64,000 nt of DNA from Ignavibacteriota bacterium (GTDB lineage: Bacteria > Bacteroidota > Ignavibacteria > UBA10030): the NCBI GenBank assembly GCA_963769605.1, contig CAVYML010000003.1:158305-222304 (forward strand), given 5' to 3'. This document shows, piece by piece, positions 39,776-49,500 of this stretch. The position numbers were made by a program, and so were the translations under genes. The notes below the pieces were generated by a model that was not told the origin of the DNA, did not search any database, and saw only the letters and a list, made by a program, of their open reading frames with translations. Each line of letters starts with the position of its first letter. The stretch's first letter is position 1.

Positions 39776-40111
39776 ATGCCTAACGGGACACCGAAATTAG
39801 TATTTAATTATATCAAAACAGGGAATTATCGATCATATTATGCAAATGGTGTTTTTGGTGGTCTAATGCCAAAAGGCGAATTGCAAATGGATTTTTTTAT
39901 TGAAAGGCGAGTTATACCTCAGACTGTGGCATATGAGATATCAAAAGATGGGCATCTTGCAAAAGAGATTGAGGTCAAAGGTAAGGAAGGACTTGTAAGA
40001 GAAATCGAATGTGGAGTTGTAATGGATATAGAAGCTGCACAAGCGTTTCATCAATGGCTTGGACAAAAAATTGAAGAATTAAAAAAAATTCGAGCAGCAA
40101 TAAAGGCATAA
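39776..40111 (+). CDS. hypothetical protein (transposon cargo)
   Basis: 111 aa, AT-rich codon usage. It is the first gene of a three-gene overlapping operon and has no recognised domain. Confidence 0.45.
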   Translation: MPNGTPKLVFNYIKTGNYRSYYANGVFGGLMPKGELQMDFFIERRVIPQTVAYEISKDGHLAKEIEVKGKEGLVREIECGVVMDIEAAQAFHQWLGQKIEELKKIRAAIKA

Positions 40112-40114
40112 ATT

Positions 40115-40567
40115 ATGGATTGTCTTCTTAACAAATTGAGTGCTACTTCTTCTAAAATAAAATTTGAACATCGAGCAAGTAGTGGCAGTTTTACATTTCC
40201 ATCTGTGTTTATAGCGATATTGAATTCCAGTGAATATCACATATCGTATTTATTGGGAAATGAATATGATGCTTCGGGTTTAAATGAAGAAGTTGTCGAA
40301 ATAAAACATCTTATAAATTTTAATTACTCGTTAAAAAAACCAATAATCGTTAAAATAAAAAGAAACGGTGATGAGTATATAGGTGATATACCAGAGCTGG
40401 AAATTTATAGTTTCGGAAGTGACAAATTCGAGGTGTTAAGGAATATCAACGAAGAAATCACAGAATTGTTTGAAATGTTGATCAAAATTAATGACGATAA
40501 ACTTGGGAAGCATCCCAAAAATTGGAAAAAGACCTTGAATGAGTTTGTAAGTTTTAATGAAAATTAA
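40115..40567 (+). CDS. hypothetical protein with C-terminal HicB-like (UPF0150, RNase H-fold antitoxin) region
   Basis: 150 aa. The segment KIKRNGDEYIGDIPELEIYSFGSDKFEVLRNINEEITELFE resembles the HicB N-domain pattern (…dg.yva.vPel.g…G.t.eEal.n..eai). Confidence 0.4.
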   Translation: MDCLLNKLSATSSKIKFEHRASSGSFTFPSVFIAILNSSEYHISYLLGNEYDASGLNEEVVEIKHLINFNYSLKKPIIVKIKRNGDEYIGDIPELEIYSFGSDKFEVLRNINEEITELFEMLIKINDDKLGKHPKNWKKTLNEFVSFNEN

Positions 40568-40844
40568 AGACTTTAAAGAAAATGAAATTAGGGCAACTAT
40601 TCTCAACAAAGCCAACCTTGGTAAAATAAATAAAAAAACGCCGCATTGGAAGGGATATATTTATTGTGGGGATATTTTAGTGGCAAAAGTAAAAATTCCA
40701 AATGATCACCAAAGAATAATGCATGAGAGTAAATCAAAATATATAGCCAGAGACTTACGTCTTTCTAATGATGAATTTAATGCTTTTAATGAATGTACGT
40801 TTACCTCTAAGAATTTTTCTGATAGAATGCGCACTCTCGTATAA
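40557..40844 (+). CDS. hypothetical protein, possible HicA/YcfA-like mRNA interferase
   Basis: 95 aa. The segment KTPHWKGYIY…VKIPNDHQRIM…IARDLRLSNDEF loosely matches HicA (GSHH…tvPhH…ilkqagls.eeF). It overlaps the upstream gene by 11 bp. Confidence 0.3.
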   Translation: MKIKDFKENEIRATILNKANLGKINKKTPHWKGYIYCGDILVAKVKIPNDHQRIMHESKSKYIARDLRLSNDEFNAFNECTFTSKNFSDRMRTLV

Positions 40845-40851
40845 TATAATT

Positions 40852-41703
40852 TTAACAATCTATTAACCTCGCCAAATCTTCTATCGACCAAAGTTTATTA
40901 GTAATTCCTGCCGCCATTGCTGGAGTGATGCGAAGCGTTTTATGAATTCTCACGAAATTGTAATACATGAAATGCAATGCTATTGCGTGAGCATGATTTT
41001 CAACTTTTTTTGAGAATGCGTTTGTTAAACGTATGAACCTACATAAAGACATTCTCATAGTCAAGTTTTGACGTTCAACGTAACTTGTTGAAACATGCTT
41101 TAGTTTGGGGTCTCCGGTTACGACTGTTTTCTTAGCTCCAGTGCATTCTGCCGGACTGTATCTATGCTCACCTTCAAGGGAATTGCCATATAGCTTCACA
41201 AGCTGAGCATAGTCGATGTCAATTCCAAAGGTCTGATCGACCGCCTCTAAATATGCTTTTAAGCCGTCTGTAGTCATTTGCACGCGGTTCTTTAAACGTG
41301 AAGCAACGTCTTCCATGAATATCTTTGCATACTCCGCATCACGATTTCCGACAAGCCATGAAATCATAAGCTTTGAATCTGCATCGATTGCCGTCCAAGT
41401 CCAGACGCTTCCAAGACCGTATTTTCCTTGAAGTTTTTCAGGAAGGTTTTTATCTTTGGCATAAACGAAACTCCAAATTTCATCGCATTGCACACGTTTA
41501 GAAGCTACATTCCGGACGTGTTCATCGTGATACTTTTGGCAAGCTGTTCCTAAGTCAACGAGAAGCTTTGTAACCGTATTAATGGAAACATTCGCAAGGC
41601 GGGAGATAGAGCGGAGACTATTTCCTTCTACGAGCATTCCGATTATCTGAGTTTGTTTTTCTATTGGAAGTCTGTTCATTGTCTTATCTCTCTCTTTGTT
41701 CAC
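40852..41703 (-). CDS. IS1-family transposase (single-ORF type)
   Basis: 283 aa with an N-terminal HTH. The C-terminal [46 protein letters not shown] matches the IS1 InsB C-terminal signature (ER.NL..R..L.RL.R…FSK..E.H…I…..YN). Confidence 0.7.
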   Translation of the reverse strand: MNKERDKTMNRLPIEKQTQIIGMLVEGNSLRSISRLANVSINTVTKLLVDLGTACQKYHDEHVRNVASKRVQCDEIWSFVYAKDKNLPEKLQGKYGLGSVWTWTAIDADSKLMISWLVGNRDAEYAKIFMEDVASRLKNRVQMTTDGLKAYLEAVDQTFGIDIDYAQLVKLYGNSLEGEHRYSPAECTGAKKTVVTGDPKLKHVSTSYVERQNLTMRMSLCRFIRLTNAFSKKVENHAHAIALHFMYYNFVRIHKTLRITPAMAAGITNKLWSIEDLARLIDC

Positions 41704-41916
41704 TTACAATATATGACATTATACTTGACCTGTCAAGCATAAAATGTAGTTTAATGAAAAATTAATGTTTGGATTTAATTGAGGAAATACCTACTTTAGA
41801 GGCGGAATAGGCCACCTTTCGGTGGCGGGTCTATAGTAGTTTAAGCACGTTACTCATAAGACCTTTCCTTTCGCCTAAATGAATCACCCTGTATGATTCA
41901 TTTGATGTTGAGATTA

Positions 41917-41958
41917 ACCGCAATCTACCTTGATCGGGTACAAGATTGCGGTTTTTTT
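41917..41958 (+). terminator. intrinsic terminator-like hairpin inside the transposon
   Basis: A 10 bp perfect stem (accgcaatct / agattgcggt) with a 17 nt loop is followed by TTTTTTT. No + strand gene lies immediately upstream. Confidence 0.5.
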
Positions 41959-42212
41959 ATGTCTAAATCTGAGTTAAATATAAGGGGAAAGGTCTAAAAA
42001 CGTAAGAAATGTTGTTTTCGGCAAACCGAAAGGTTACTTTCGCTTTACCGAAAGGTTACTTTCGGTCAAGTTTATTGGCTTTATTCCATACACGAAAACG
42101 GACAATATAACTATCAAAAGCATTTGGTTCTATATCACCGGGATATTCTTTGACAAGTCTATCGTACACAAGTACTTGATTTTTTTCTTCACTCCATAGT
42201 TCCCTAAATCTC

Positions 42213-42791
42213 TTATGATGGAAGTCTTGATACTTTAGATTTGGTGCATAGTGCCGGGAAATTTTCTTTCTTTCTTTCAATCTTTTTATGCCATTTTTTA
42301 AATTTACTATTGGATGAATTTTTATGTTTTATACCCCTATTATTATGATTTGCGACTATTTCTTCTATCGAGTTAGCAATCCTGTCTTGAATTATCCGAT
42401 TTAAAATCTCTATGGGAGGATATTTTAAATGTGCTTGTTCCTTTTGTAATTTCTCCCATAGTTCACGTTGACGGCGCAACGAAGAAAGGCTAACAATATC
42501 CAGACGATCTCTATATCGATTTGCCTTGATTTCATTGCAATGTTCGATCAATTGGTTGTCGTCATTTCCGAAAAACCAAGATATAATAGTATCATTAATT
42601 TTCTCTGGTTGGGTTTCTGAAAATCTCTGAAGTTCGTTATGCTCATTTACAAACCATGACGACCAATATCCATCAATTGACCCATCTTCATGATGGCTTA
42701 TTTTATTAAAATATCGGAATGGAACAAAATCACCAACGAATAAACCGTTTTCTTTTGCTCTTTCTATCCAATCTAAATCTGGTTTAACCAT
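42213..42791 (-). CDS. hypothetical protein (transposon cargo)
   Basis: 192 aa with no recognised domain. Confidence 0.4.
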   Translation of the reverse strand: MVKPDLDWIERAKENGLFVGDFVPFRYFNKISHHEDGSIDGYWSSWFVNEHNELQRFSETQPEKINDTIISWFFGNDDNQLIEHCNEIKANRYRDRLDIVSLSSLRRQRELWEKLQKEQAHLKYPPIEILNRIIQDRIANSIEEIVANHNNRGIKHKNSSNSKFKKWHKKIERKKENFPALCTKSKVSRLPS

Positions 42792-42924
42792 TTTTTAATA
42801 TAAAAAATCCCTCTCGTGCCTTAGAACAGACCGAATGTCTGCCCTCGCTGATGTACAGCGAACGAGAAGGATTTTTAAAATTCTTATTTCACACGTCTAA
42901 GGCGGCGTATGACTTGCTGAATAT

Positions 42925-43170
42925 TTAGACTTTTTTAGACTTGTTTTTCCACCTTGCTTTTGCGGCGTTTTGTGCTATCTTTGATCTCTTGGACTTGGAA
43001 AGAGATTTAGCACGGGCGATACCGCCTTTTAGTCCCCCCAGCCGTCCAAGTGCAACGGCGGCGGGGTTTCGTGTATCTTCAATGACGGGTTCAGTGGTTT
43101 GCCCGGTCGCAAGGTCAACAATGGACTTTGCAAGCTGGTTTGGGTCTCTTGGTCTTTTAGGCTTTTCCAT
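42925..43170 (-). CDS. small basic protein (KGG-repeat-like, possible nucleic-acid binding)
   Basis: 81 aa and lysine-rich, with a GRLGGLKGGIARAKSLSKSKRSKIAQNAAKARW motif. Confidence 0.4.
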   Translation of the reverse strand: MEKPKRPRDPNQLAKSIVDLATGQTTEPVIEDTRNPAAVALGRLGGLKGGIARAKSLSKSKRSKIAQNAAKARWKNKSKKV

Positions 43171-43227
43171 GCCTCAAATATACAAAGGCTTTCTTATCCG
43201 GTCAAGCATAATCGGGAAGGTTAAAAA

Positions 43228-43245
43228 TCAAACTGAGACACTACC
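43228..43245. repeat. right 18 bp terminal inverted repeat of the IS1-family transposon, followed by the 8 bp target duplication at 43246-43253
   Basis: tcaaactgagacactacc is the exact reverse complement of 39707-39724. Confidence 0.85.
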
Positions 43246-43334
43246 GAAATAGTTCAAACATTGCGTTTCGATTATGAGATAGGTATATTTTTTATAGGCT
43301 ATTCTTCCGGGCACAATTTTCTGAAAGGTCTGAT

Positions 43335-44720
43335 ATGCAATCCATCCTCGATTTTATCGAAGCAAATCATGAACGATATCTTGCAGAACTCAAAGAACTC
43401 CTGTCGATTCCCAGTGTAAGCTCGCAGACTGAGCGCAAGGCGGAAATGCGGCGCACGGCGGAATGGCTGCAAAATCATTTGCAGGCAATCGGATTGCAGA
43501 ACGTTCAGATTCTGGAAACAGCGGGTCATCCTGCCGTGTATGCGGATTGGCTGAATGCTCCCGGCACACCGACGCTTCTTATATACGGTCATTACGATGT
43601 CCAGCCGGAAGATCCTCTCGACGAATGGAAAACTCCTCCGTTTGAAGCGACCATACGCGACGGCAATCTTTATGCCCGTGGCGCTGCGGACGATAAGGGT
43701 CAGATTTTTATTCACATGAAAGCGATCGAAGCATTTTTGAAAAACGGCGGAACGCTTCCTACAAATATCAAAATCATTTTCGAGGGAGAAGAAGAAATCG
43801 GAAGCGAAAGTCTTCCGGCTTTGATCGAAGCCCGCAAAGAATTGCTCAAATGCGATTTGATCGTCATTTCGGATTCCGATATATTCGAAAGAGGAGTTCC
43901 TTCGGTTACGTACAGTCTTCGCGGCCTTAGTTATGTGGAAGTGGAAGTGATCGGCCCGAATACCGACCTGCATTCCGGATCGTTCGGAGGTTCGGTGCAT
44001 AATCCTATTCAGGCCCTTGCAGAAATGATTGCCTCGCTGCATGAGAAAAACGGCCGCATAACGGTCAAAGGATTTTATGACAACGTGCGTCCCGTGTCCA
44101 AAGCCGAACGTGCCGCATTCAAGAAGCTGCCGTGGAAAGACCGGGCTTATGCCAAGAAACTTGGATTGAAGCAGTTGTACGGCGAAAAAGGATATACAAC
44201 GCTCGAGCGTCTCTGGGTGCGCCCGACGCTCGAATGCAACGGAATCTGGGGAGGATATACCGGAGAGGGAGCCAAGACCGTTCTTCCGGCGCGCGCATTT
44301 GCAAAAATTTCCATGCGGTTAGTGCCGAATCAGGATTCTAAAAAAATCGGAAAATTGTTCGAAAAACATTTTAAAGCCATTGCGCCGAAGACGGTGCAGG
44401 TAAAAGTAAAAGTGCTTCACGGCGGTGAACCGGCTATTACGCCCATCGACAGCCCCGGTGTAAAAACGGCCGTTGCAGCGCTGGAAAAAGGATTCGGCAA
44501 AAAACCGCTGTACCAGGGAGAAGGCGGCTCTATTCCCATCGTTGTCGATTTTAAAAAATTGCTCAAGGCAGATTCGGTTCTGCTCGGATTCGGACTGCCG
44601 GACGAAAATGCCCATGCGCCGAACGAATTCATCAGTCTCGATAATTTCTTCGCCGGTATCCGTACCTGTGTGCACTTTTACAGGGAGCTGCCGGATTACT
44701 GGAAGAAGGGAAAAAAATAA
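43335..44720 (+). CDS. M20-family dipeptidase (PepV/ArgE/DapE-like metallohydrolase)
   Basis: Metal-ligand motifs HYDVQP and RGAADDKGQ are present with a dimerisation domain. Length is 461 aa. Confidence 0.8.
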   Translation: MQSILDFIEANHERYLAELKELLSIPSVSSQTERKAEMRRTAEWLQNHLQAIGLQNVQILETAGHPAVYADWLNAPGTPTLLIYGHYDVQPEDPLDEWKTPPFEATIRDGNLYARGAADDKGQIFIHMKAIEAFLKNGGTLPTNIKIIFEGEEEIGSESLPALIEARKELLKCDLIVISDSDIFERGVPSVTYSLRGLSYVEVEVIGPNTDLHSGSFGGSVHNPIQALAEMIASLHEKNGRITVKGFYDNVRPVSKAERAAFKKLPWKDRAYAKKLGLKQLYGEKGYTTLERLWVRPTLECNGIWGGYTGEGAKTVLPARAFAKISMRLVPNQDSKKIGKLFEKHFKAIAPKTVQVKVKVLHGGEPAITPIDSPGVKTAVAALEKGFGKKPLYQGEGGSIPIVVDFKKLLKADSVLLGFGLPDENAHAPNEFISLDNFFAGIRTCVHFYRELPDYWKKGKK

Positions 44721-44726
44721 AAAAGT

Positions 44727-45626
44727 ATGATTCAGAAAGAGACGTTATTAAAGATTTCAATTTTTCAGTCGTTATCCGAGGGCGATCTGGAATTATTGTC
44801 CAAATTATGGACGGTACGGTTGTTAAAAAAATCCGAAGTGCTCTTTCGGAAAGGAGACAGCGCATCGTCGATGTTCGTTATCGACGAAGGCGAAATTGAA
44901 ATCTTAGTGCCCGATCACAGCGGTCATAAAGAAATTCGCGTTTCCCTTTTAAAAGAAGGAGATTTTTTCGGCGAACTTTCGCTCATCGTAGGGTCGCCGC
45001 GGACTGCAACGGCTGCAGTGATGAAAGATTGCCGTCTGCTGGAAATGGACAGGGGCGAATTTGTCAAATTTCTTTCCGAACGCCCGGCTGTAGCAATTTC
45101 AATGATCAGCGAAATCGGCAGACGCCTTCGCGCGACAAACGATCTTGTGACGTCGCTCGCATCCAAGAACGTCAACGTGGAGATGGACGAGCGGCTGAGT
45201 TTTGGCGACCGGCTTGCCGATAAGACGGAAAAATTTGTCGGCAGCTGGACGTTTATGATCTGGTTTATGGGATTTCTCGGATTATGGGTGATCTTCAATG
45301 CCGTGCAATGGCTGTTTTCTCCGTTCGATGCATATCCGTATGTGTTCCTCAATTTGGTACTCGCAGTTGTTTCCTCTTTGCAGGCGCCGTTGATTATGAT
45401 GAGCCAAAATCGCGCGCAGACGAAAGACCGCCTGCGGGCGGAACTGGATTATCAGGTGAACCTTAAATCCGAATTAATGCTTCAGCAATTGCATGAAAAG
45501 ATCGATGAGATTCGATCGGTAGAATTGCAGATCATGCAAAAGGCGCTTCAGGAACATTTGGAACGGATCCGGAAAGATGCCGGGTCGGCAGAATCTTCCA
45601 TTCCATCAGGCGCTAACAAACCTTGA
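44727..45626 (+). CDS. cyclic nucleotide-binding domain protein with C-terminal DUF1003 membrane domain
   Basis: The N-terminal cNMP-binding fold (GDFFGELSLI…RTATAAV) is followed by a DUF1003-like two-helix segment (WTFMIWFMGFLGLWVIFNAV…QAPLIMMSQNRA). Confidence 0.7.
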   Translation: MIQKETLLKISIFQSLSEGDLELLSKLWTVRLLKKSEVLFRKGDSASSMFVIDEGEIEILVPDHSGHKEIRVSLLKEGDFFGELSLIVGSPRTATAAVMKDCRLLEMDRGEFVKFLSERPAVAISMISEIGRRLRATNDLVTSLASKNVNVEMDERLSFGDRLADKTEKFVGSWTFMIWFMGFLGLWVIFNAVQWLFSPFDAYPYVFLNLVLAVVSSLQAPLIMMSQNRAQTKDRLRAELDYQVNLKSELMLQQLHEKIDEIRSVELQIMQKALQEHLERIRKDAGSAESSIPSGANKP

Positions 45627-46168
45627 AGATTTATACGAAGACAGGCGATGAAGGGGAAACTTCCCTCTTCGGAGGCAGGCGGGTACCGAAGTTTTCACTG
45701 CGCATTGAAACGTACGGTACGGCAGACGAATTGAATTCGCAAATCGGCGTTATTCGTTCCTTAAAACCGAAACCGGAAATCGATACACTTCTTGAAAAAC
45801 TTCAGTCCGATCTTTTTATTCTTGGCACGGATCTCGCAACACCGGTTCAGGAACGGGAAGCGGCTCGAGTCCGGCGCATCGAATCAGGGCATATAGCGTT
45901 TCTTGAAGATACAATCGATCGAATAGAGGAGCATTTGCCTGTCTTACATTCTTTTGTGCTGCCCGGAGGTTCAGCGGTTGCTGCACAGATCCACGCGGCG
46001 CGAACGATTTGCCGCAGATGCGAGCGGCTCGCCGTAAGATTGGAAAAAGAGGAACAAATCGGAAAACTTCCTTTGATTTTTCTCAATCGCCTTTCAGATT
46101 TTCTTTTTGTTCTGGCGCGCTATGCCAATCTGCTGGACGGCGTTTCCGAAACAATCTGGAAGCCGTAG
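45623..46168 (+). CDS. ATP:cob(I)alamin adenosyltransferase, PduO/MMAB type
   Basis: The N-terminus MKIYTKTGDEGETSLFGGRRVPK is the PduO-type signature. Confidence 0.85.
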   Translation: MKIYTKTGDEGETSLFGGRRVPKFSLRIETYGTADELNSQIGVIRSLKPKPEIDTLLEKLQSDLFILGTDLATPVQEREAARVRRIESGHIAFLEDTIDRIEEHLPVLHSFVLPGGSAVAAQIHAARTICRRCERLAVRLEKEEQIGKLPLIFLNRLSDFLFVLARYANLLDGVSETIWKP

Positions 46169-46529
46169 GACAGCGCCCCCGGACGGATTTTCATATTTTT
46201 AAATTCTTTCTGCAAATCTGATAAAAAAATGAGCGCTTATAAAGCGTGCTATTGATGCTCAAGTCCATTTACATTGTAGCCGCAACGGGTCGTCGCGGAT
46301 AGCTCCTTGTAAAGGCAAAAGTGAACGTCATTCTGAAAACATGTCAGATGCTTCCCGTATAACAAGAGGAGAATTGAAACACTGAGAAAAAACTGATTTC
46401 TTTACGATATCCTGAACATATACGGGTGTTGTAACAAAGCTAAGGGTTTGGTAGATTATGAATAAGGAACAGCGATTGGGGAACAATCTCTCTTTAGTAA
46501 AAAGCATTACATGACGCTGCCATATTAAA

Positions 46530-49500
46530 ATGTTAAAAGAATTTCTTACAAAAATTGCAAGTACAACTGCGCAAGGAGACGCCCGTGAAGAAAGTTATTA
46601 CGGACACTTCTCCAATTTTCTGGAATCGTACGCGGAGGAAACGGGCAAGAAACATATTCAGATAACTACGCTTCCTAAAAAAACCGAAGCAGGAAATCCG
46701 GACTTTCGTGTTTGGGATGGCAGGCAAAAAGTGGTCGGCTATATCGAGGCGAAAAAACCGGGCGAGAATCTCGATATCATAGAAGATTCCGAACAGCTTA
46801 AGCGCTACCGTTCTACGTTCCCAAATCTCATACTTACGGATTTTTACGAATACCGTTTGTACCGCAATGGAGATCTGCTCGACAAAGTTTTTATCGGCCG
46901 GCAGTTTATAGCAAAGAAATTAAAAACCGTTCCTCCTGTTGAGAATGAAGAAAAATTCCTTACACTGCTGGAAAAGTTCTTTTCCTTCTCGCTGCCGAAG
47001 GTTTTCACGGCGGAAAATCTTGCTGTAGAACTGGCAAAGCGCACCGGTTTTTTGCGCGATGAAGTAGTGGTAAAAGAACTGGAAGAACAGGAACAGGGCA
47101 AGGGAGCTATTTTCGGTTTCTATACTGCGTTCAAGCAATATCTCGTTTCCGATCTTTCGCAAAAAGATTTTGCGGACATCTATTCCCAGACAATTACATA
47201 CGGTCTCTTTGCCGCGCGAACGAAGGCAAACGGCGAATTCAACCGCCGCCTTGCTTACGATCTTATTCCGCATACCATCGGCATTCTGCGGGATGTTTTC
47301 AGTTTTATATCGCTCGGCAAACTTCCGCAGCAGATGGAAGTCATTATCGACGACATTGCGGAAGTTCTTCATGCCGCCGATGTGAACAAGATTTTAGATG
47401 AATATTACAGGAAAGGAAAAGGGGAAGATCCGATTGTTCATTTCTACGAAACTTTTCTGAATATATATGATCCGAACACACGGGAAAAGCGAGGCGTGTA
47501 TTATACGCCGGAACCGGTCGTTAAGTATATCGTCCGGGCTATTCACGATCTGCTCAAAACACATTTCGATTTGCCGGACGGTCTGGCAAGTAAGGAATTG
47601 ACATTGCTCGATCCCGCAGGCGGAACACTCACGTTTCCTGCGGAGGCAATCAAGCTGGCGGTGGAAGAATTTGTCGGAAAATACGGCGATGCGGGGAAAA
47701 CAAAGCTGATCAAAGATCAGATTCTAAAAAACTTTTACGCGTTCGAGCTCATGATGGCTCCCTATGCCATCGGGCATATTAAGATCAGTTTTTTGCTCGA
47801 AGAGCTCGGCTACACCATGCAGGAAGACGACCGCTTTAAGCTTTACCTGACCAACACGCTGGACATGGAAGACTTAAAGCAAACGGAAATTCCGGGGCTC
47901 GAATCTCTGAGCGATGAGAATCATCTTGCCGGTCAGATAAAACAAAAAGAACCGATACTTGTTATACTTGGCAACCCGCCGTACAGTGGCCATTCTGCAA
48001 ACAGCAACGATTGGACTGAGCGATTATTAAAAGAAGATATTGACGGTGCAACAAGTTATTATACCGTCGATGGACAACCGCTCGGTGAGAAAAATCCTAA
48101 GTGGCTGCAAGATGATTATGTTAAATTCCTTCGGTTTGCACAGTGGAAAATTCATAAAGCCGGGCAGGGTATCGTAGGAATGATTACCAACCACAGTTAT
48201 CTGGATAATCCTACATTCCGCGGAATGCGTCAAAGCTTGATGAAGACATATAACGAGATTTACATCATCGATCTGCATGGCAATTCTCTGAAAAAAGAAA
48301 CAACTGTCGACGGCGGTAAGGATGAAAATGTTTTTGACATACAGCAGGGAACGGCGATCGCAATTCTTGTAAAGAATAAAAATGGAAAAGGATGCAAAGC
48401 TTACCATCGAGATATTTATGGTTTGCGGGAAGAAAAATATGATTGGCTGGAGAAAAAAGCATTTAAGAAAAAGGATTACGAGACTTTGGATCCAAGGTCT
48501 CCATGGTACTTTTTGAAGCAAAGCAATACGGAAGCCATAGAACATTACAATGGATGGTTGAAAATAACTGAAATCTTTCCTGTAAATAGTGTTGGAGTCG
48601 TTACAGCGCGGGATGATTTTGCAGTTTCATTTAATAAGGAAGCGCTTGAAGGTAGAATAAGACAATTCCGAAATCTTAAGTTTGACGCGGAATTTCTAAA
48701 ATCCGCTTATAATCTAAAAAGCTCAGGAACATGGGATTTAGATAAAGCGAGGCAAGAATTAGCAAAAGATGAAAACTATGATGAGTATTACAATCGAATA
48801 TTATATCGTCCGTTTGATGCGCGATTTATCTATTATTGCGATACAGTAATTGAGAGAATGCGATTTGATGTTATGCAGCATATGCTCAAACCAAATATTG
48901 GTATAATAACAGTACGTAAAGCACCGCCGAATAGTTTGTGTAACTACTTCTTTGTATCAGAAAATATGATAAGCAATGGAGCTATTCGATCAGATAACCA
49001 AAGCATCGATACTTTTTTTCCACTCTATCTCTACGAAACCGAGCAAAAGAAAAAGCACGGTGCAATTTCCACGATGATGTTGTTCGAGTCGGCTCCGGAA
49101 TACGGCAAGTCAAAATCCCAAAGGGACAGGGGCAAAAAAGCAAATATAGCACAGGCGCTCTTTGAGCAATTGAAAAACGCTTATAGTAAAGTCCCGACGC
49201 CGGAACAAATTCTGAGCTATTGTTATGCCGTCTTATACAGCAACATCTACCGCGAAAAATATGCAGAGTTTTTGAAGATCGATTTCCCGCGCATTCCGTT
49301 CACAAAAAATCACGAACTGTTCCTGCAAATGGCGGAGATGGGATCGGAATTAACGGAGCTGCATCTGCTTAAGCATAAAGCATTGAACAATCCGGTTGTA
49401 AAATATCGCGGCAGGGGAACGGATGATACGATCAGAAAGATAAAGTATGATGAACAGAATAACCGTCTCTATATAAATGAAGAACGTTATTTTGAAGATG

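Larger units (their letters stand above)
39707..43245 (-). mobile_element. 3539 bp IS1-family transposon with passenger genes
   Basis: Perfect 18 bp terminal inverted repeats (GGTAGTGTCTCAGTTTGA at 39707-39724; reverse complement at 43228-43245) start with GGT like IS1 inverted repeats. They are flanked by the 8 bp direct duplication GAAATAGT, matching IS1 target duplication size. The element contains an IS1-family transposase and AT-rich cargo ORFs. Confidence 0.8.

Noticed and set aside
43299-44042. 247 aa ORF on the - strand
   Set aside because: It is entirely antisense to the well-supported M20 dipeptidase gene. It has no recognisable domains and its composition mirrors the sense strand, so it is spurious.
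46169-46529. 360 bp non-coding gap before the restriction-modification gene with several short imperfect hairpins
   Set aside because: The stems are short and imperfect (for example ccgcaacgggtcgtcgcgg with a mismatch). There is no clear terminator or riboswitch signature, so it was noted only as a possible foreign-DNA junction.
48027-48545. 172 aa - strand ORF inside the restriction-modification gene
   Set aside because: It is antisense to a long, well-supported ORF in its AT-rich target-recognition region, so it is a shadow ORF.
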